Shown: positions 26,900-37,823, counted from the first letter of the stretch. The stretch: DNA of 64,000 nt from an uncultured Draconibacterium sp. (GCA_963677575.1 OY782038.1:1916195-1980194); one strand, 5' to 3'. Notes: generated from the sequence alone by a model not told the origin. Numbers and translations: made by a program.

Positions 26900-27130
26900 T
26901 TATTCTTCTGTAATTGCTTTTAAAATTTCCTGAGCTTTTGGCAAATCACTTTCACTCACAAAAATATCGATGGCAGACGGAACGCCGCCTCCAAAACCGG
27001 CAGCAATACCCTGTTGAAATCCATCTTTTATAAGAGGATTGATACCGGCAGTTTCCAGCTCCTGTTTCAGCCGGCTAATCATTATATGTTCTCCGGTAAA
27101 AAGTTTTACTAGTTTACTTTGTTTATCCAT
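26900..27130 (-). CDS. DUF2007-like small protein
   Basis: LKQELETAGI...IFVSESDL.KA.EIL pattern. Confidence 0.65.
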   Translation of the reverse strand: MDKQSKLVKLFTGEHIMISRLKQELETAGINPLIKDGFQQGIAAGFGGGVPSAIDIFVSESDLPKAQEILKAITEE

Positions 27131-27147
27131 TGAATTTGATTTAGCAA

Positions 27148-27348
27148 TTAATCTTCCATTTCTTTTAAAATCTGCTCCACCTGCTCGTTGGTTTTGGTCA
27201 GTTTGTCTTTGCAGGTTTTTAGCAACACCGAAACACGTTTTACTTTTTCGGCCAGTTCATCAACATCCAGCTCCTCATTTTCTATCTTTTCAAGAATTTC
27301 TTCTATCTCAGCCATCGCCTCGCTGTATGAAATCTTTTTAGCTGCCAT
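27148..27348 (-). CDS. xseB: exodeoxyribonuclease VII small subunit
   Basis: SYSEAMAEIEEILEKIE...LDVDEL; adjacent to xseA. Confidence 0.92.
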   Translation of the reverse strand: MAAKKISYSEAMAEIEEILEKIENEELDVDELAEKVKRVSVLLKTCKDKLTKTNEQVEQILKEMED

Positions 27349-27349
27349 C

Positions 27350-28783
27350 CTATTTATTTTTTGTGATTTTACTCGTTACTTTTCCATCGGCAAAACGTGT
27401 TTCCAGTTCTTCTCCAACTGCCACATCTTTGCTCGATTTAATAATTTCTCCGTCTTTCAAAGTTAATGTAAATCCTCTTTTCAATACATTTTCAGGATTT
27501 AATAAACGTACTGAATTTTCGTTAATCAGAATGCGGTCGTGCTCTTTTGCCAGCATATTTCGCACACGTCCCGACAACATATCCTGCTGATGATTCAATT
27601 TTGCATCCGCTTTAAATACAGCCTCTCCAACAAGCCGCCTCATTATACGTTGCGTTTTGCCGATATTATTTTTTGCCTCTACAAACCACACCGAAAGTCC
27701 GGAATCAATATTATGTTTCAGTTCGCTCAACTCGTTGTGCTTCTTAAACGAAAACAGACTTACATTTTGCTGTAATTCGTTGCCACGCTTGTTTAACTTC
27801 CTTTGTCTGTCGTTAATAAATTCGGCTACTGAATATTTTAAACCTTCGGCTACTCGCTCCAGCTTTTCTTGTTGTGCATCCAGCGTTTCGCGGGTTAATT
27901 GAACGATACCATTTTCCAGTTCTAACAATCGCTCGTAGTAGCGTTCAACGCCACTGATAAAAAAACCAGCTACTGCTGTTGGTGTTTTCATCCGAGTGTG
28001 TGCCACCAAATCAATTATGGTATCATCTTTTTCGTGGCCAATTCCGGTAATTACCGGCAATGAAAACTGGGTAATGTTCATGGCCAGATCATAGTCATCA
28101 AAACTGCTCAAATCGGCGGTTGCACCTCCTCCACGAATAATTGCTACTGCATCAAAAAAATCGTCGTGAGCAAAAATCTGCTCCAAAGCATGAATAATGG
28201 AAGGCACAGTTTCCGCGCCCTGCATATACGCTTCAAACAGTTTGGTGTAGAATTTAAAACCATATTCGTTGTTTTCCAGCTGGTTCATAAAATCCTGGTA
28301 ACCGGCAGCAGTTGCCGACGAAATTACCGCGATTTTTTGCGGTACCAGCGGCAGCACCAATTCCTTGTTCATGTCAAAAACACCTTCGGCTTTCAAACGA
28401 TTTATGATTTCTTTTCGCTGCATGGCCATGTCGCCAACCGTGTAAGTCGGGTCGATGTCTTTAATATTCAAACTCAAACCATAAGCCTGATGATATTCAA
28501 CTGTTGCCTGCACCAACACTTTTATGCCTTCTGAAAAAAGCTGCCCTGTGCTGGTTTCGAAATACGGTTTTAGCATTCGGTAAGTGTACGACCAAATTGT
28601 TGCCCGCGAACGCGCCGTAATGGTGTTGCCCTCTTTTTCAACCAACTCCAGGTAACAATGGCCACTTCGGTTATGCTTTAACTCACTCACCTCGGCAACT
28701 ACCCACACCATTCCCGGAAATGCATCTAAAAGGGCATCCTTTATTTTGGCGTTTAGTTGCGAAAGTGTAAGTTGCTCGTTCAT
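27350..28783 (-). CDS. xseA: exodeoxyribonuclease VII large subunit
   Basis: N-terminal OB fold (SGHCY.EL), IIRGGG, GIGHEKD, TPTAVA. Confidence 0.95.
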   Translation of the reverse strand: MNEQLTLSQLNAKIKDALLDAFPGMVWVVAEVSELKHNRSGHCYLELVEKEGNTITARSRATIWSYTYRMLKPYFETSTGQLFSEGIKVLVQATVEYHQAYGLSLNIKDIDPTYTVGDMAMQRKEIINRLKAEGVFDMNKELVLPLVPQKIAVISSATAAGYQDFMNQLENNEYGFKFYTKLFEAYMQGAETVPSIIHALEQIFAHDDFFDAVAIIRGGGATADLSSFDDYDLAMNITQFSLPVITGIGHEKDDTIIDLVAHTRMKTPTAVAGFFISGVERYYERLLELENGIVQLTRETLDAQQEKLERVAEGLKYSVAEFINDRQRKLNKRGNELQQNVSLFSFKKHNELSELKHNIDSGLSVWFVEAKNNIGKTQRIMRRLVGEAVFKADAKLNHQQDMLSGRVRNMLAKEHDRILINENSVRLLNPENVLKRGFTLTLKDGEIIKSSKDVAVGEELETRFADGKVTSKITKNK

Positions 28784-28786
28784 TGC

Positions 28787-30424
28787 TTACCTGATTTTAT
28801 TGATCTTAAAGGTTTCAACACCGTTTTTTGTTTTTACCAGAAACAGAAAAATTCCCGACTCCGTTGTTTCTAAATCATTCAAAACAATTGATGGACTGGC
28901 TGGAAGTTGCCAGCTTTTTACCACCCGGCCATCCAAGGCATAAAGTTTTATATCGAGATTACCCGACTGCAGGTTTGTTACCGACTGCAGCACAATCCGG
29001 TCTTTTACAGGATTTGGAAAAACAGTCCATGTTTTATTTTGTGGTGTTATTTCTGCCGATGCCGGGTTAAGTAACGAACACGCCACTTGCATATTCGGAA
29101 CTCCATAGCCTTGCAACGAATCGGGCAAATTATAAAGGTGTCCGCTTTTCTCCAGGGCATCTTTTATTTCTACAGCTGTTTTTTCAGGATAAGCTTGCCA
29201 CAGCGAGGCCGCCATTCCCGCCAATACTGGTGAGGAAAAAGAAGTTCCGTTCCCTAGTCCTACTGTTCCGTCGGTTCGCTGAATTGCCGTTTGGTAGCCC
29301 ATTGCCGAAACATTGGGTTTTAACGAACCATCAGCAGCGGGGCCGGCAGATGAAAAATACGCAGGATTAAAACTCATATCCACGGCACCAACTCCAATTA
29401 CATTTTTTCCATCGGATGGCGCAACAATGCGAAACCAGGAATTATTTCGTTCATTTCCGGCACTTGAAAACACCAGGATTCCGCGCGAAGCTGCAATATT
29501 TGCCCCCTGCGTAACACGTGTGGTATTTCCATCCATATCGGCATAAACATGGTTTGTTGCCGTGTCCTGAAACTCTGTATATCCCAGCGAAGAATTTATA
29601 ACATCTGCTCCTACACTGTCGGCATATTCGGCGGCTATCACCCAATTATCTTCTTCAATAATATATTCGGAGTTGGCATCTTCCGAGCGCAACAACCAAT
29701 AAGAAGCTTTTGGCGCAGTACCGATCAACTCTCCGGGAATATTTCCACCCATACACGACAACACATTCATTCCGTGCGAATAGGTTGAAAAGAAATCATC
29801 GTTTGGATTCACAAAATCTTTTGTTCCCAAAATCTGGTTGTTGGCCCATAGGCTGTCGAACGCCGGCAATTCATCAACTTTGTAAAATCCGGCATCGAGC
29901 ACGGCAATTTGAATCCCCTCTCCACGAAAGTTTTCATTGTACAACAACTGTCCTTCCATCATCCCAATCTGATGAACGGAAGCTCCATAAGCAGAAGTAT
30001 CCAGGGGGGATAAATCTGTTATTTGCTCGTTAGCGAATTTGTTATGGAAGCTTTTTGTGGTGATATCGGGTTTCGACAGTTGTACCTCCCGAATAAAACT
30101 CCAATACCCAAGTCTGTCGGCTAAAGTTGCCGAATCGCAGCGGACCGTAATACCGTTCAACCATTTTGAGGCATGCAACAATTCCACATCGAGCGTGAGT
30201 ATCGAGTCGATATAATTCTGATTTACCGGAAGATCTAATGAATCGATGGAAATATTTTGATTAATGCGGCGCTGAATAGCTCGCTCTGAAAGATACATTT
30301 CAGGATGATCAAGCGAGTACTCCGAATTATTTTTATCGGTAAAACCGATCCAAAAATAATTCTGGGCATTGATTTGTTGCAAACCCAACAACAGCGTGCC
30401 AAGGAGTAAAATTAAATACCTCAT
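28787..30424 (-). CDS. S8 subtilisin-like serine protease with T9SS C-terminal domain
   Basis: VLDAG, HG, GTSFSSP catalytic triad; VFPNP...KINK sorting domain. Confidence 0.9.
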   Translation of the reverse strand: MRYLILLLGTLLLGLQQINAQNYFWIGFTDKNNSEYSLDHPEMYLSERAIQRRINQNISIDSLDLPVNQNYIDSILTLDVELLHASKWLNGITVRCDSATLADRLGYWSFIREVQLSKPDITTKSFHNKFANEQITDLSPLDTSAYGASVHQIGMMEGQLLYNENFRGEGIQIAVLDAGFYKVDELPAFDSLWANNQILGTKDFVNPNDDFFSTYSHGMNVLSCMGGNIPGELIGTAPKASYWLLRSEDANSEYIIEEDNWVIAAEYADSVGADVINSSLGYTEFQDTATNHVYADMDGNTTRVTQGANIAASRGILVFSSAGNERNNSWFRIVAPSDGKNVIGVGAVDMSFNPAYFSSAGPAADGSLKPNVSAMGYQTAIQRTDGTVGLGNGTSFSSPVLAGMAASLWQAYPEKTAVEIKDALEKSGHLYNLPDSLQGYGVPNMQVACSLLNPASAEITPQNKTWTVFPNPVKDRIVLQSVTNLQSGNLDIKLYALDGRVVKSWQLPASPSIVLNDLETTESGIFLFLVKTKNGVETFKINKIR

Positions 30425-30500
30425 TCTTATAAAACGTTCAATACCTTTCAATCGTCCAAGTTAATGAATAAATAGCTTTTTACCTTGAATGCAAACAGTT

Positions 30501-31289
30501 TTATCGCTGCCTTTGATCGCGCATCATATATTCCGACGGATCTTGCAAAAACTTTTCAGGATCGAGGATAGAGCCTCTATTTTTTTCCAGCTCTTGCATT
30601 TTTAGATTATCAACACTGTCGCGAACATTGGGATTCAGAATTTGCCCGTTATCGTAAAAAAGCGTGTACTCAAGATTGCCTTCTTTATCAAAATATTTCC
30701 ACTCGCCATGGCGCAGGTTATTCCGGTATTCGGCAACCATTTGCTGACGGCCGTTTTCGTAATTCACCAAAAACAAACCATGCCGCATCCCCACCTTCAT
30801 TTTGCACTGCATGTAAGGTTCGCCGCTTTTATAAAAAATCTGGTAATCGCCGTCTTCCTGATTATTAACCCACTCCTTTTCTTCCATTACTTCGCCGGTA
30901 TCGTAGTACTGGTGCGATTTACCATTTTTCAAACCGTGTTTATATTCTTCATCGGCGGTAAGCTGGTTATTCTTGTAAATTTTCCAAACACCTTCTTTTT
31001 GCTGATTTACATAGTTTCCTTCAGCCAGTTTTTTGCGCCAAACATCAAATAATTGCGTATAAGCCGTGTCGCCTTTATACTGGATAATTGCTTTAACCTG
31101 TCCCCCGGGATGGTAGCGTTTCCACTCTCCTACCGGTTTATCGTCTTTAAAATATCCTTCGTACAACAAACGCCCGTTAGCTTGTTTTTTCTGCCAAAGT
31201 CCCTGACGCAAACCATTGGCATCGGTTTGGTTTGTTTGTGCAAAAACCAACGTCGGAAGAAAGATAAATAAAGCAAGCAAATATCTCAT
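30501..31289 (-). CDS. MORN-variant repeat protein (YwqK-like)
   Basis: repeated G.W..Y...G units; signal peptide. Confidence 0.8.
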   Translation of the reverse strand: MRYLLALFIFLPTLVFAQTNQTDANGLRQGLWQKKQANGRLLYEGYFKDDKPVGEWKRYHPGGQVKAIIQYKGDTAYTQLFDVWRKKLAEGNYVNQQKEGVWKIYKNNQLTADEEYKHGLKNGKSHQYYDTGEVMEEKEWVNNQEDGDYQIFYKSGEPYMQCKMKVGMRHGLFLVNYENGRQQMVAEYRNNLRHGEWKYFDKEGNLEYTLFYDNGQILNPNVRDSVDNLKMQELEKNRGSILDPEKFLQDPSEYMMRDQRQR

Positions 31290-31410
31290 AACACACTATT
31301 TTAGGTAGAACGCGAAATTAGAGAAATATTTTGTCTGACATAAAAATCGAGATTAATAATCCCCGGTTAAATTGTTAACTTCACCAGCATAAACCAACTA
31401 ATTCTTGCAA

Positions 31411-32205
31411 ATGAAAAAACTTAAACTTACACTAAAGATTTTTCTGGGTCTTTTTATCATAGCATGCATTTTGCTTTTGGGTTTCAGAAGCTATTTGTTT
31501 TCTGACGATGTAAAGCTGACAAAGTCAATAACACAGCAATTACAATCGAAAAAAGTAATGCTTGTTTTTGCCCACCCTGACGACGAATCGTACACCACAG
31601 AATTGCTTCTGGATGCCGAAAAAGAAGGCATCGAAACAGCACTGTTAACTTTCACTCCGGGTGATGCCGGAACACAAATGCCGCAGGTTTGCCAGCAACA
31701 GTTTTTAGGCGATGTGCGTAAAGCCGAAGTGTACAAAAGTGGTTATGCTCTGGGAGTTGACTACCAAAAAGTTTTTGAATACGGCGACGGTACCTTAAAA
31801 GACCAAAACCTGCAACAGTTAGTTGATGATATAGAAAATGAGTTAGTGAGATTTAAACCTGATCTGGTTGTTACTTTTTGGCCCGAAAGCGGAATGACCA
31901 TGCACCCCGACCACATGACGATTGGGAAAGCAACACAGCTGGCTTTTATCAATTACAACAAAAGCAAAAATGCAAAACTGGCTTACACGATTATGCCATC
32001 AAAAGTGGTTTCGATGTTGGGCGGTGGCGAAATGCTGAAATTACAGCCTGAAGCCAATATTTCGATAAAAGCCAATGCCGCTGTTAAGGTTCGACTTTGG
32101 GATATTCATGCCTCGCAAAACCAATTTGTGAAAGATTATACTGGAATGCCCTCTTGGTTGATTTATCGTTTAATAAACCGCGAGTACTATTTTGTGGAAA
32201 AATAA
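31411..32205 (+). CDS. PIG-L/LmbE family deacetylase
   Basis: FAHPDDE, HPDH, HASQ. Confidence 0.88.
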   Translation: MKKLKLTLKIFLGLFIIACILLLGFRSYLFSDDVKLTKSITQQLQSKKVMLVFAHPDDESYTTELLLDAEKEGIETALLTFTPGDAGTQMPQVCQQQFLGDVRKAEVYKSGYALGVDYQKVFEYGDGTLKDQNLQQLVDDIENELVRFKPDLVVTFWPESGMTMHPDHMTIGKATQLAFINYNKSKNAKLAYTIMPSKVVSMLGGGEMLKLQPEANISIKANAAVKVRLWDIHASQNQFVKDYTGMPSWLIYRLINREYYFVEK

Positions 32206-32228
32206 GAAGATTATTATCCCGATAGAAT

Positions 32229-32307
32229 CGTCATTCTGAACTCGATTCAGAATCTGTTTCTACTAAAATATAGCCACTGAATCCATTGGCTGACGGACAG
32301 GATGACG
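32229..32307. repeat. REP-like inverted doublet (CGTCA... / ...TGACG)
   Basis: CGTCATTCTGAACTCGATTCAGAATCT and CTGAA..CAGGATGACG between convergent genes. Confidence 0.7.
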
Positions 32308-32326
32308 CAACTAATTTATCTAAAAA

Positions 32327-32689
32327 TCAATAAATTTCTTTGGTCATGCGCTCCGTGGCAGTCATGTAGTAGCGCGCAAAGTTATCGTCTTTCATAAAAA
32401 CGGTAAGTTGTTCGCGCCAGCCTTCTGCTTCTTCCGATAATTCTGCAATACGACGACCTGCTTCTTGATCATTTGGATCTGCACGAAATGCTTTAATCAC
32501 CGGAATAAATTCATCCATCCAGTCTTCGTAACGATCCATTAATTTTTGCTGATCGCCTTCCAACGGGAATTCAGCTTTATCGTTCAATACTTTAGCTGAA
32601 AGTTTTTCTCCCGCCACAACTCCGGCTCCAAGCGTTAATCCCAATTTTGTTAGAAAACTTCTTCTGGTTTCTTCGTACTCGTTGCTCAT
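32327..32689 (-). CDS. hypothetical protein with twin-arginine-like N-terminus
   Basis: TRRSFL followed by a hydrophobic stretch. Confidence 0.6.
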   Translation of the reverse strand: MSNEYEETRRSFLTKLGLTLGAGVVAGEKLSAKVLNDKAEFPLEGDQQKLMDRYEDWMDEFIPVIKAFRADPNDQEAGRRIAELSEEAEGWREQLTVFMKDDNFARYYMTATERMTKEIY

Positions 32690-32784
32690 TTCTGCATTTT
32701 TTAATTCACTTTTTACAAACGCAGTTTAACAGATAAAGTTTAAGCTAAAATTAAAAAGTCTTTCCACATGGAGATTTTTGCAAA

Positions 32785-35700
32785 CTAATTCACAACAAAC
32801 TTGCTATATGCAAATTTGTCGTTGTAATGAACCCGAATAAAATATAGTCCGGCATTAAACGAGGCAGTTTCTATTTTCATTTTTCTCTTTATACCAAGTT
32901 GTTCAGAAAACATAAGCTCTCCCTCTACATTAAAAACCTGAAGCATAGCATCTTTTCCTCCAATTTCTGAAAGTTCAACATTCAGTACCGATTTTGTGGG
33001 ATTTGGATAAACTTTTAGCTTTTGAGTGCTCAGTGTTTTATAACTAACCGCAGTAATATTTTCGATATTAATTGAATAATCTTCAACTTCTCCAAAAGCT
33101 GAATTACAAGGTATTATATTATTATCGTAAACAACTCGTACACGCATCCGAGTATTTCCCATTGTGGCATCTTCTGGTACAGAAAAATTCGCCTGATAAA
33201 CATGTTCACTACTATTAAAAACTGGCAGATCGATATATTCGTTGGCATCAAATTCAGCATTTTGGTTATAATCTATCCAGGCACCACATTTATCCAAATC
33301 AAAATGATAATTTAAAGTTACCGATATCGCATATTCCCGACCTACCTGCAAATCTGTTGACAGATTGCTAAAATCGGAGTAACCAGTCTGCTCTGAAGTA
33401 TTATCTATAGTATTTAATTTAACATTACTGATCCAATCAGCCCCAGTTCCGTCTGTGCCTACTGCATTGCAATATTGAAGTATATTTTTCTCTATTAAAA
33501 CAGAATAATCTTCAACTTCTCCTTTAATGTCATTTCCACATGGAGAAGGTTCCTCAACCTCATTTTGTAATCGCAGGCGCATGGTGTAGAAACCGGGAGT
33601 TACATCCTCAGGTACTGAAAAAGTTACTGAAGCATTGTGCCCTTCATCAAAATCGCCAAATACTAACAATTCGTTTGTTTCAAATTCTTTGTTATTGTTA
33701 CTATCAATCCAGGCAAAACATTTATCGTTTGTGTTGTGCTCGTTAAGCGTAACCTGCAGTGTATATTCGCCCCCTATCCTGAGTTTGGCATAAACACTTG
33801 TAAAGTCAGAATAAGTCTCGTTACCTGAGCTCTGGTCAATTGTTTCCAGTTTGAAATTCTTAATCCAATCAGACGTTTGATTGCTACCTGCCGCAGTACA
33901 ATAAGCAGGTGCATTTTTTGTCGAATTCTTCCAGATTCCACGACCTAAACTTGCAGCAAAAATCTGATCGGAGGAATAATGTATCTTCAGATCATTTACT
34001 CCTACCGATGGAAAACCTTCCGAATAAAGCTCCCAGTCATTCATTGTATTATCGATATAATAAATACCAATATCCATTCCCAGGTACAAAGCATCTGTTT
34101 CTGTAGCATCAAACACCAAGCACCTTGCTTCAATATTTGGCAATTGTTTTGAATAGTTTTCCCAGGTTACACCGCCATCTTTCGACAAATAAACTTTTTC
34201 GCCGTTATTAAAAGCACCTAAAGAAACTGCAACTTTTAACGGATCTGACGGATGCACTGCAATTCGGGTAATCCATTGATTGGGCAAACCAGTGGTTATC
34301 TCGGTCCAACCAGCACCATCATCAGAGGTACGCCACAACCTTGCTCCTTTCGAAGCATAAATATAGTTCGGGTCAGATTCTCCGATAGCCAGGTTAGTAA
34401 CATTTCCGATACCGAAAGTGCCAATTGCAGTCCAACTCTGCATGCCATCAGTAGTTTTATATACCTTATTATTACCGAAATATATGATCGAAGGATTAGT
34501 AGGATGCATAACTAATGGAGACACCCAGTCTCCTTCTCCGGGTTGTGTAACAGAATGTCCGGTAGAGTGTAGTTCTCCATTTTGAATAGAAAAATATTTG
34601 GTGTTAGGATTGTCATAGTCTATAAGGCACTCCATTCCATCGGCACCATAAATGCCATCCCAAAGCCGACCATCCCAAAGATAAATTCCGTTATCCTGTG
34701 AACCATTCATGTGCAAATTTGAGTTTGTTTTACACACTGTTAAACGGTACGGCTCAAGAGCTACCATCGTATTAAACAGATTTACCCAACTATTGCCTTC
34801 GTCAGTGGTGTATGATACTCCTCCGTCTGTGCATACGTACAGTTTGTTTCCTGCATAAACAAAATCATGAATATCGCAATGGATATAATGATTGTTAGGA
34901 TATGTCCAGTCTGATGTTTTTACCCATGAATAACCGCCATCCATAGATTTATGAGTTTCGAATTCTCCGGTATGAATAAGCTTTTCGTTGTCAGGACTTA
35001 CAATAAAGGTTCCGTGGTGCCACATTTCTCCTTTCGTATATTCATGATCACCGATATAAGTAAAATTTTGCCCCCTATTAGTTGACTTATAAATACCTTT
35101 TCTACCGGTCATAAGGTAAACCACATTGGGAGCAGCTGCTGTTAAACCTATAAAAACCCGTCCCCCTAGTTCAAGGTTAATTTTTACAAAAGAATCTCCT
35201 CCGTTTGTTGAACGGTAAAACCCGCCAACCTGGCTGGCATACACAATTTGTGGCTCATCGGGTTTATAAAACATATCATCAAAATCACCCGCCTGCTTTA
35301 AAATCCAGTTCGTTCCGCCATCAACAGATTTATAAATACCTTTTGAGCAGGAAAAAAGCAATGTCTTATTATCGTCGGGGTGCATGATTAACTTTCGGCC
35401 TTTTACTCCTTCGGTATATGCAAAACTTAATCCCGATATATTCCAGTTCTCTCCTCCATCGTTTGAGATGAAAATACCCGTGCAATTAGTTGTATTATTG
35501 TCACCATCGCCGGTAGCCCAATAAACGTTATCCGTATTAACCGGATCGATAACAATACTACAAACGCCCCTGCTGCCTACATTATCGGTCTTTGAAACCC
35601 AATTTTGCCCACCATCCACCGATTTCCAAACCCCGTTTGTAGGGCCACCAATATAAAGTGTATTTTCATTTTTGGGGTCAACTGCAATTCGGTCTATTCT

Positions 35701-36081
35701 GCCCAACCCGGGAGAATAGTGACCATTATTTGTATTTATATTATCAGGGCCAAGGCTTCTCCAAACATTTATATTTGCGCTCTTTGTATTAGTACTGGTT
35801 TTAAACCTGTCGAATTCTTTTTTTGCAATATCAACTCCCTGAAAATTAATATTCCCATAAGGATAGCCTTTACTCCAAATTTCATATTCCCATCGTTTAT
35901 ATTGTTTATAACCAGTACCTTTCCCGGTGCCAACCTTCGAAAAATATTCATTTGCTGCTTTCCGGATTTCAAACATATTGGCCTCCGGGTCATTCATCAT
36001 TTTAAGATACTGTTGCCCTTTTACCTGATAAAAAAAGAAAACAACACTTATTACTGATAATACGATAAAACGAATATTCAT
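32785..36081 (-). CDS. T9SS-secreted BNR/VPS10 beta-propeller protein with two GEVED domains
   Basis: multiple S.DGG..W Asp boxes, GEVEDY twice, VYPNP..KFVV sorting domain. Confidence 0.85.
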   Translation of the reverse strand: MNIRFIVLSVISVVFFFYQVKGQQYLKMMNDPEANMFEIRKAANEYFSKVGTGKGTGYKQYKRWEYEIWSKGYPYGNINFQGVDIAKKEFDRFKTSTNTKSANINVWRSLGPDNINTNNGHYSPGLGRIDRIAVDPKNENTLYIGGPTNGVWKSVDGGQNWVSKTDNVGSRGVCSIVIDPVNTDNVYWATGDGDNNTTNCTGIFISNDGGENWNISGLSFAYTEGVKGRKLIMHPDDNKTLLFSCSKGIYKSVDGGTNWILKQAGDFDDMFYKPDEPQIVYASQVGGFYRSTNGGDSFVKINLELGGRVFIGLTAAAPNVVYLMTGRKGIYKSTNRGQNFTYIGDHEYTKGEMWHHGTFIVSPDNEKLIHTGEFETHKSMDGGYSWVKTSDWTYPNNHYIHCDIHDFVYAGNKLYVCTDGGVSYTTDEGNSWVNLFNTMVALEPYRLTVCKTNSNLHMNGSQDNGIYLWDGRLWDGIYGADGMECLIDYDNPNTKYFSIQNGELHSTGHSVTQPGEGDWVSPLVMHPTNPSIIYFGNNKVYKTTDGMQSWTAIGTFGIGNVTNLAIGESDPNYIYASKGARLWRTSDDGAGWTEITTGLPNQWITRIAVHPSDPLKVAVSLGAFNNGEKVYLSKDGGVTWENYSKQLPNIEARCLVFDATETDALYLGMDIGIYYIDNTMNDWELYSEGFPSVGVNDLKIHYSSDQIFAASLGRGIWKNSTKNAPAYCTAAGSNQTSDWIKNFKLETIDQSSGNETYSDFTSVYAKLRIGGEYTLQVTLNEHNTNDKCFAWIDSNNNKEFETNELLVFGDFDEGHNASVTFSVPEDVTPGFYTMRLRLQNEVEEPSPCGNDIKGEVEDYSVLIEKNILQYCNAVGTDGTGADWISNVKLNTIDNTSEQTGYSDFSNLSTDLQVGREYAISVTLNYHFDLDKCGAWIDYNQNAEFDANEYIDLPVFNSSEHVYQANFSVPEDATMGNTRMRVRVVYDNNIIPCNSAFGEVEDYSINIENITAVSYKTLSTQKLKVYPNPTKSVLNVELSEIGGKDAMLQVFNVEGELMFSEQLGIKRKMKIETASFNAGLYFIRVHYNDKFAYSKFVVN

Positions 36082-36107
36082 GAATTTAATTAAATGATTA
36101 TAAAAAG

Positions 36108-36152
36108 AATCCTGGGTTTGAATATAATTGGTATTTCATCAAACCCAGGATT
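36108..36152 (-). terminator. 14-bp inverted repeat after susD
   Basis: AATCCTGGGTTTGA / TCAAACCCAGGATT. Confidence 0.6.
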
Positions 36153-36235
36153 TGTATTGTTAAAGGCAGAATTTAGGCATGAAGCTTTATTTTCCTCAAT
36201 ACCTGCCATTTAACCAATTAATACTCAAATTTTAC

Positions 36236-37699
36236 TTACGGCATATATACTCCATCAAATGGAGTCTGGTCGCCATCAGGCCAAATACCATCAACCATTG
36301 CATCGTTACTAATAATTTCGCTAAACGGTATTTGGTAAACAAATCTCCAGGAATGAACAGGGAAGGTTGTATTGCCACCATAATTAATATGGTTGCCGGT
36401 ACGTAAAAGAGGTTTTTGGTTACGAATTAATTCAAACCAATCGAAACCTTCGCCATAAAGTTCTTTTCTCCTTTCTACCAACAGTGCTTCAATCAGATCG
36501 TTTCCTGTTTCTTCTGATTTTTTTGCACCACGCATTTCCTGAAGTTCCCATAACAAAGTTTTTCCTTCATTTTCTCTATCCATCCGCATTAGTGCTTCTG
36601 CCTCAATAAATAACATTTCGTCGGCACGCATAAATACAATATTTCCCAATAAATCATCCGTATCTCTAAACTTCAGAGAGGTATATATCTGATCCCAAAC
36701 ATAACCAAACTGCGAAGCCCTTATATCCTCAGGATCGAACATCTCCACAAAGTCTGTTGCAAGGAAAAAGCACTGAAACGTAAATCCATCTCGCGTCCAG
36801 TTTGCCCACATTGCAAAAGGAGAATAATCTCCCATATTTTGATCTTTGGTTGGAGCCACTCCCCACATCCATGAAGCCGTGTTTACATCATTAAAACCAG
36901 CAAGATAGTCATCGTTTGAAGTAAGAGGGAGACCAGTGCGTGCTTTTCCTGCATATTCTGCTGCTTTTTCCCAATTATTCATTGTTAAATATACTTCGGC
37001 CAAAAAGCCTTGACAAACATTAACATTTATCCTGTTTTTCCTGCTGCCACGGTCGTAGCCATCAAGCAACGTTTCTGCCATAGTTAAATCATCTAAGATT
37101 TGCTGATACGTTTGCTCAACAGTTCCTCTTGGTTTTCCTTCGGTTTTGTCAGAAGTAGGCTCTGTATAAATAGGTACTCCTGGCATATCCTGAGCAATAA
37201 TATAGGTATGCTGAAATAACCTGATTAACTGAAAGTAAGCCCAACCACGCAATGCATACGCCTGCCCCATTACATGATTTTTTTCGGTTTCGCTCCCGGT
37301 ACTTTCAGGAGTATAAGCAATCACACTGTTGGTGTTGTTAATTAATTGGTAATAAAAATTCCATAAAGCTCCCGTTTTAAATATGTCTCCACGGGTATGT
37401 CCCCACATGTTGTAATCATATGAATACCAACCGCCCCATACAATCATATCTTCTCCACATACGCTTTGAAACATTTGATGGCTTGGATAACCCCAGTCAT
37501 CTGATCTCCCTGAACCTCCATTTCCTGTTTCCATTTGATAGTAACAACCGTTTAATGCAGCTTGTGCCCCTTGCACAGTATTAAAAACCGATATATCAGA
37601 AACAGAAGAAGATGGATTTGTCTCTAAATAGTCTTCGCACGAGGTAGTTCCGAATACTATTAATGCTGCTATAGTTACTATTTTTATATAGTTTTTCAT
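36236..37699 (-). CDS. SusD/RagB family lipoprotein
   Basis: lipobox TTSC; W..YY..IN..N, R.DEM.FI.AEA, ERRKELYGEG..WF. Confidence 0.93.
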   Translation of the reverse strand: MKNYIKIVTIAALIVFGTTSCEDYLETNPSSSVSDISVFNTVQGAQAALNGCYYQMETGNGGSGRSDDWGYPSHQMFQSVCGEDMIVWGGWYSYDYNMWGHTRGDIFKTGALWNFYYQLINNTNSVIAYTPESTGSETEKNHVMGQAYALRGWAYFQLIRLFQHTYIIAQDMPGVPIYTEPTSDKTEGKPRGTVEQTYQQILDDLTMAETLLDGYDRGSRKNRINVNVCQGFLAEVYLTMNNWEKAAEYAGKARTGLPLTSNDDYLAGFNDVNTASWMWGVAPTKDQNMGDYSPFAMWANWTRDGFTFQCFFLATDFVEMFDPEDIRASQFGYVWDQIYTSLKFRDTDDLLGNIVFMRADEMLFIEAEALMRMDRENEGKTLLWELQEMRGAKKSEETGNDLIEALLVERRKELYGEGFDWFELIRNQKPLLRTGNHINYGGNTTFPVHSWRFVYQIPFSEIISNDAMVDGIWPDGDQTPFDGVYMP

Positions 37700-37823
37700 C
37701 TTATTAAAATTGTTTGTTATTATATGGTATAAGATGTAACTCGCATGATTTTAATTATTCGCGTTTGTGTGAGAATCTTTCTCATGCTCGTTTCATCGTC
37801 ATAACATTTAAAAATTTCTAATT

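Noticed and set aside
30501-31289. Toxin-antitoxin system (YwqK-like antitoxin)
   Set aside because: No adjacent toxin; MORN-variant exported proteins are common in Bacteroidota.
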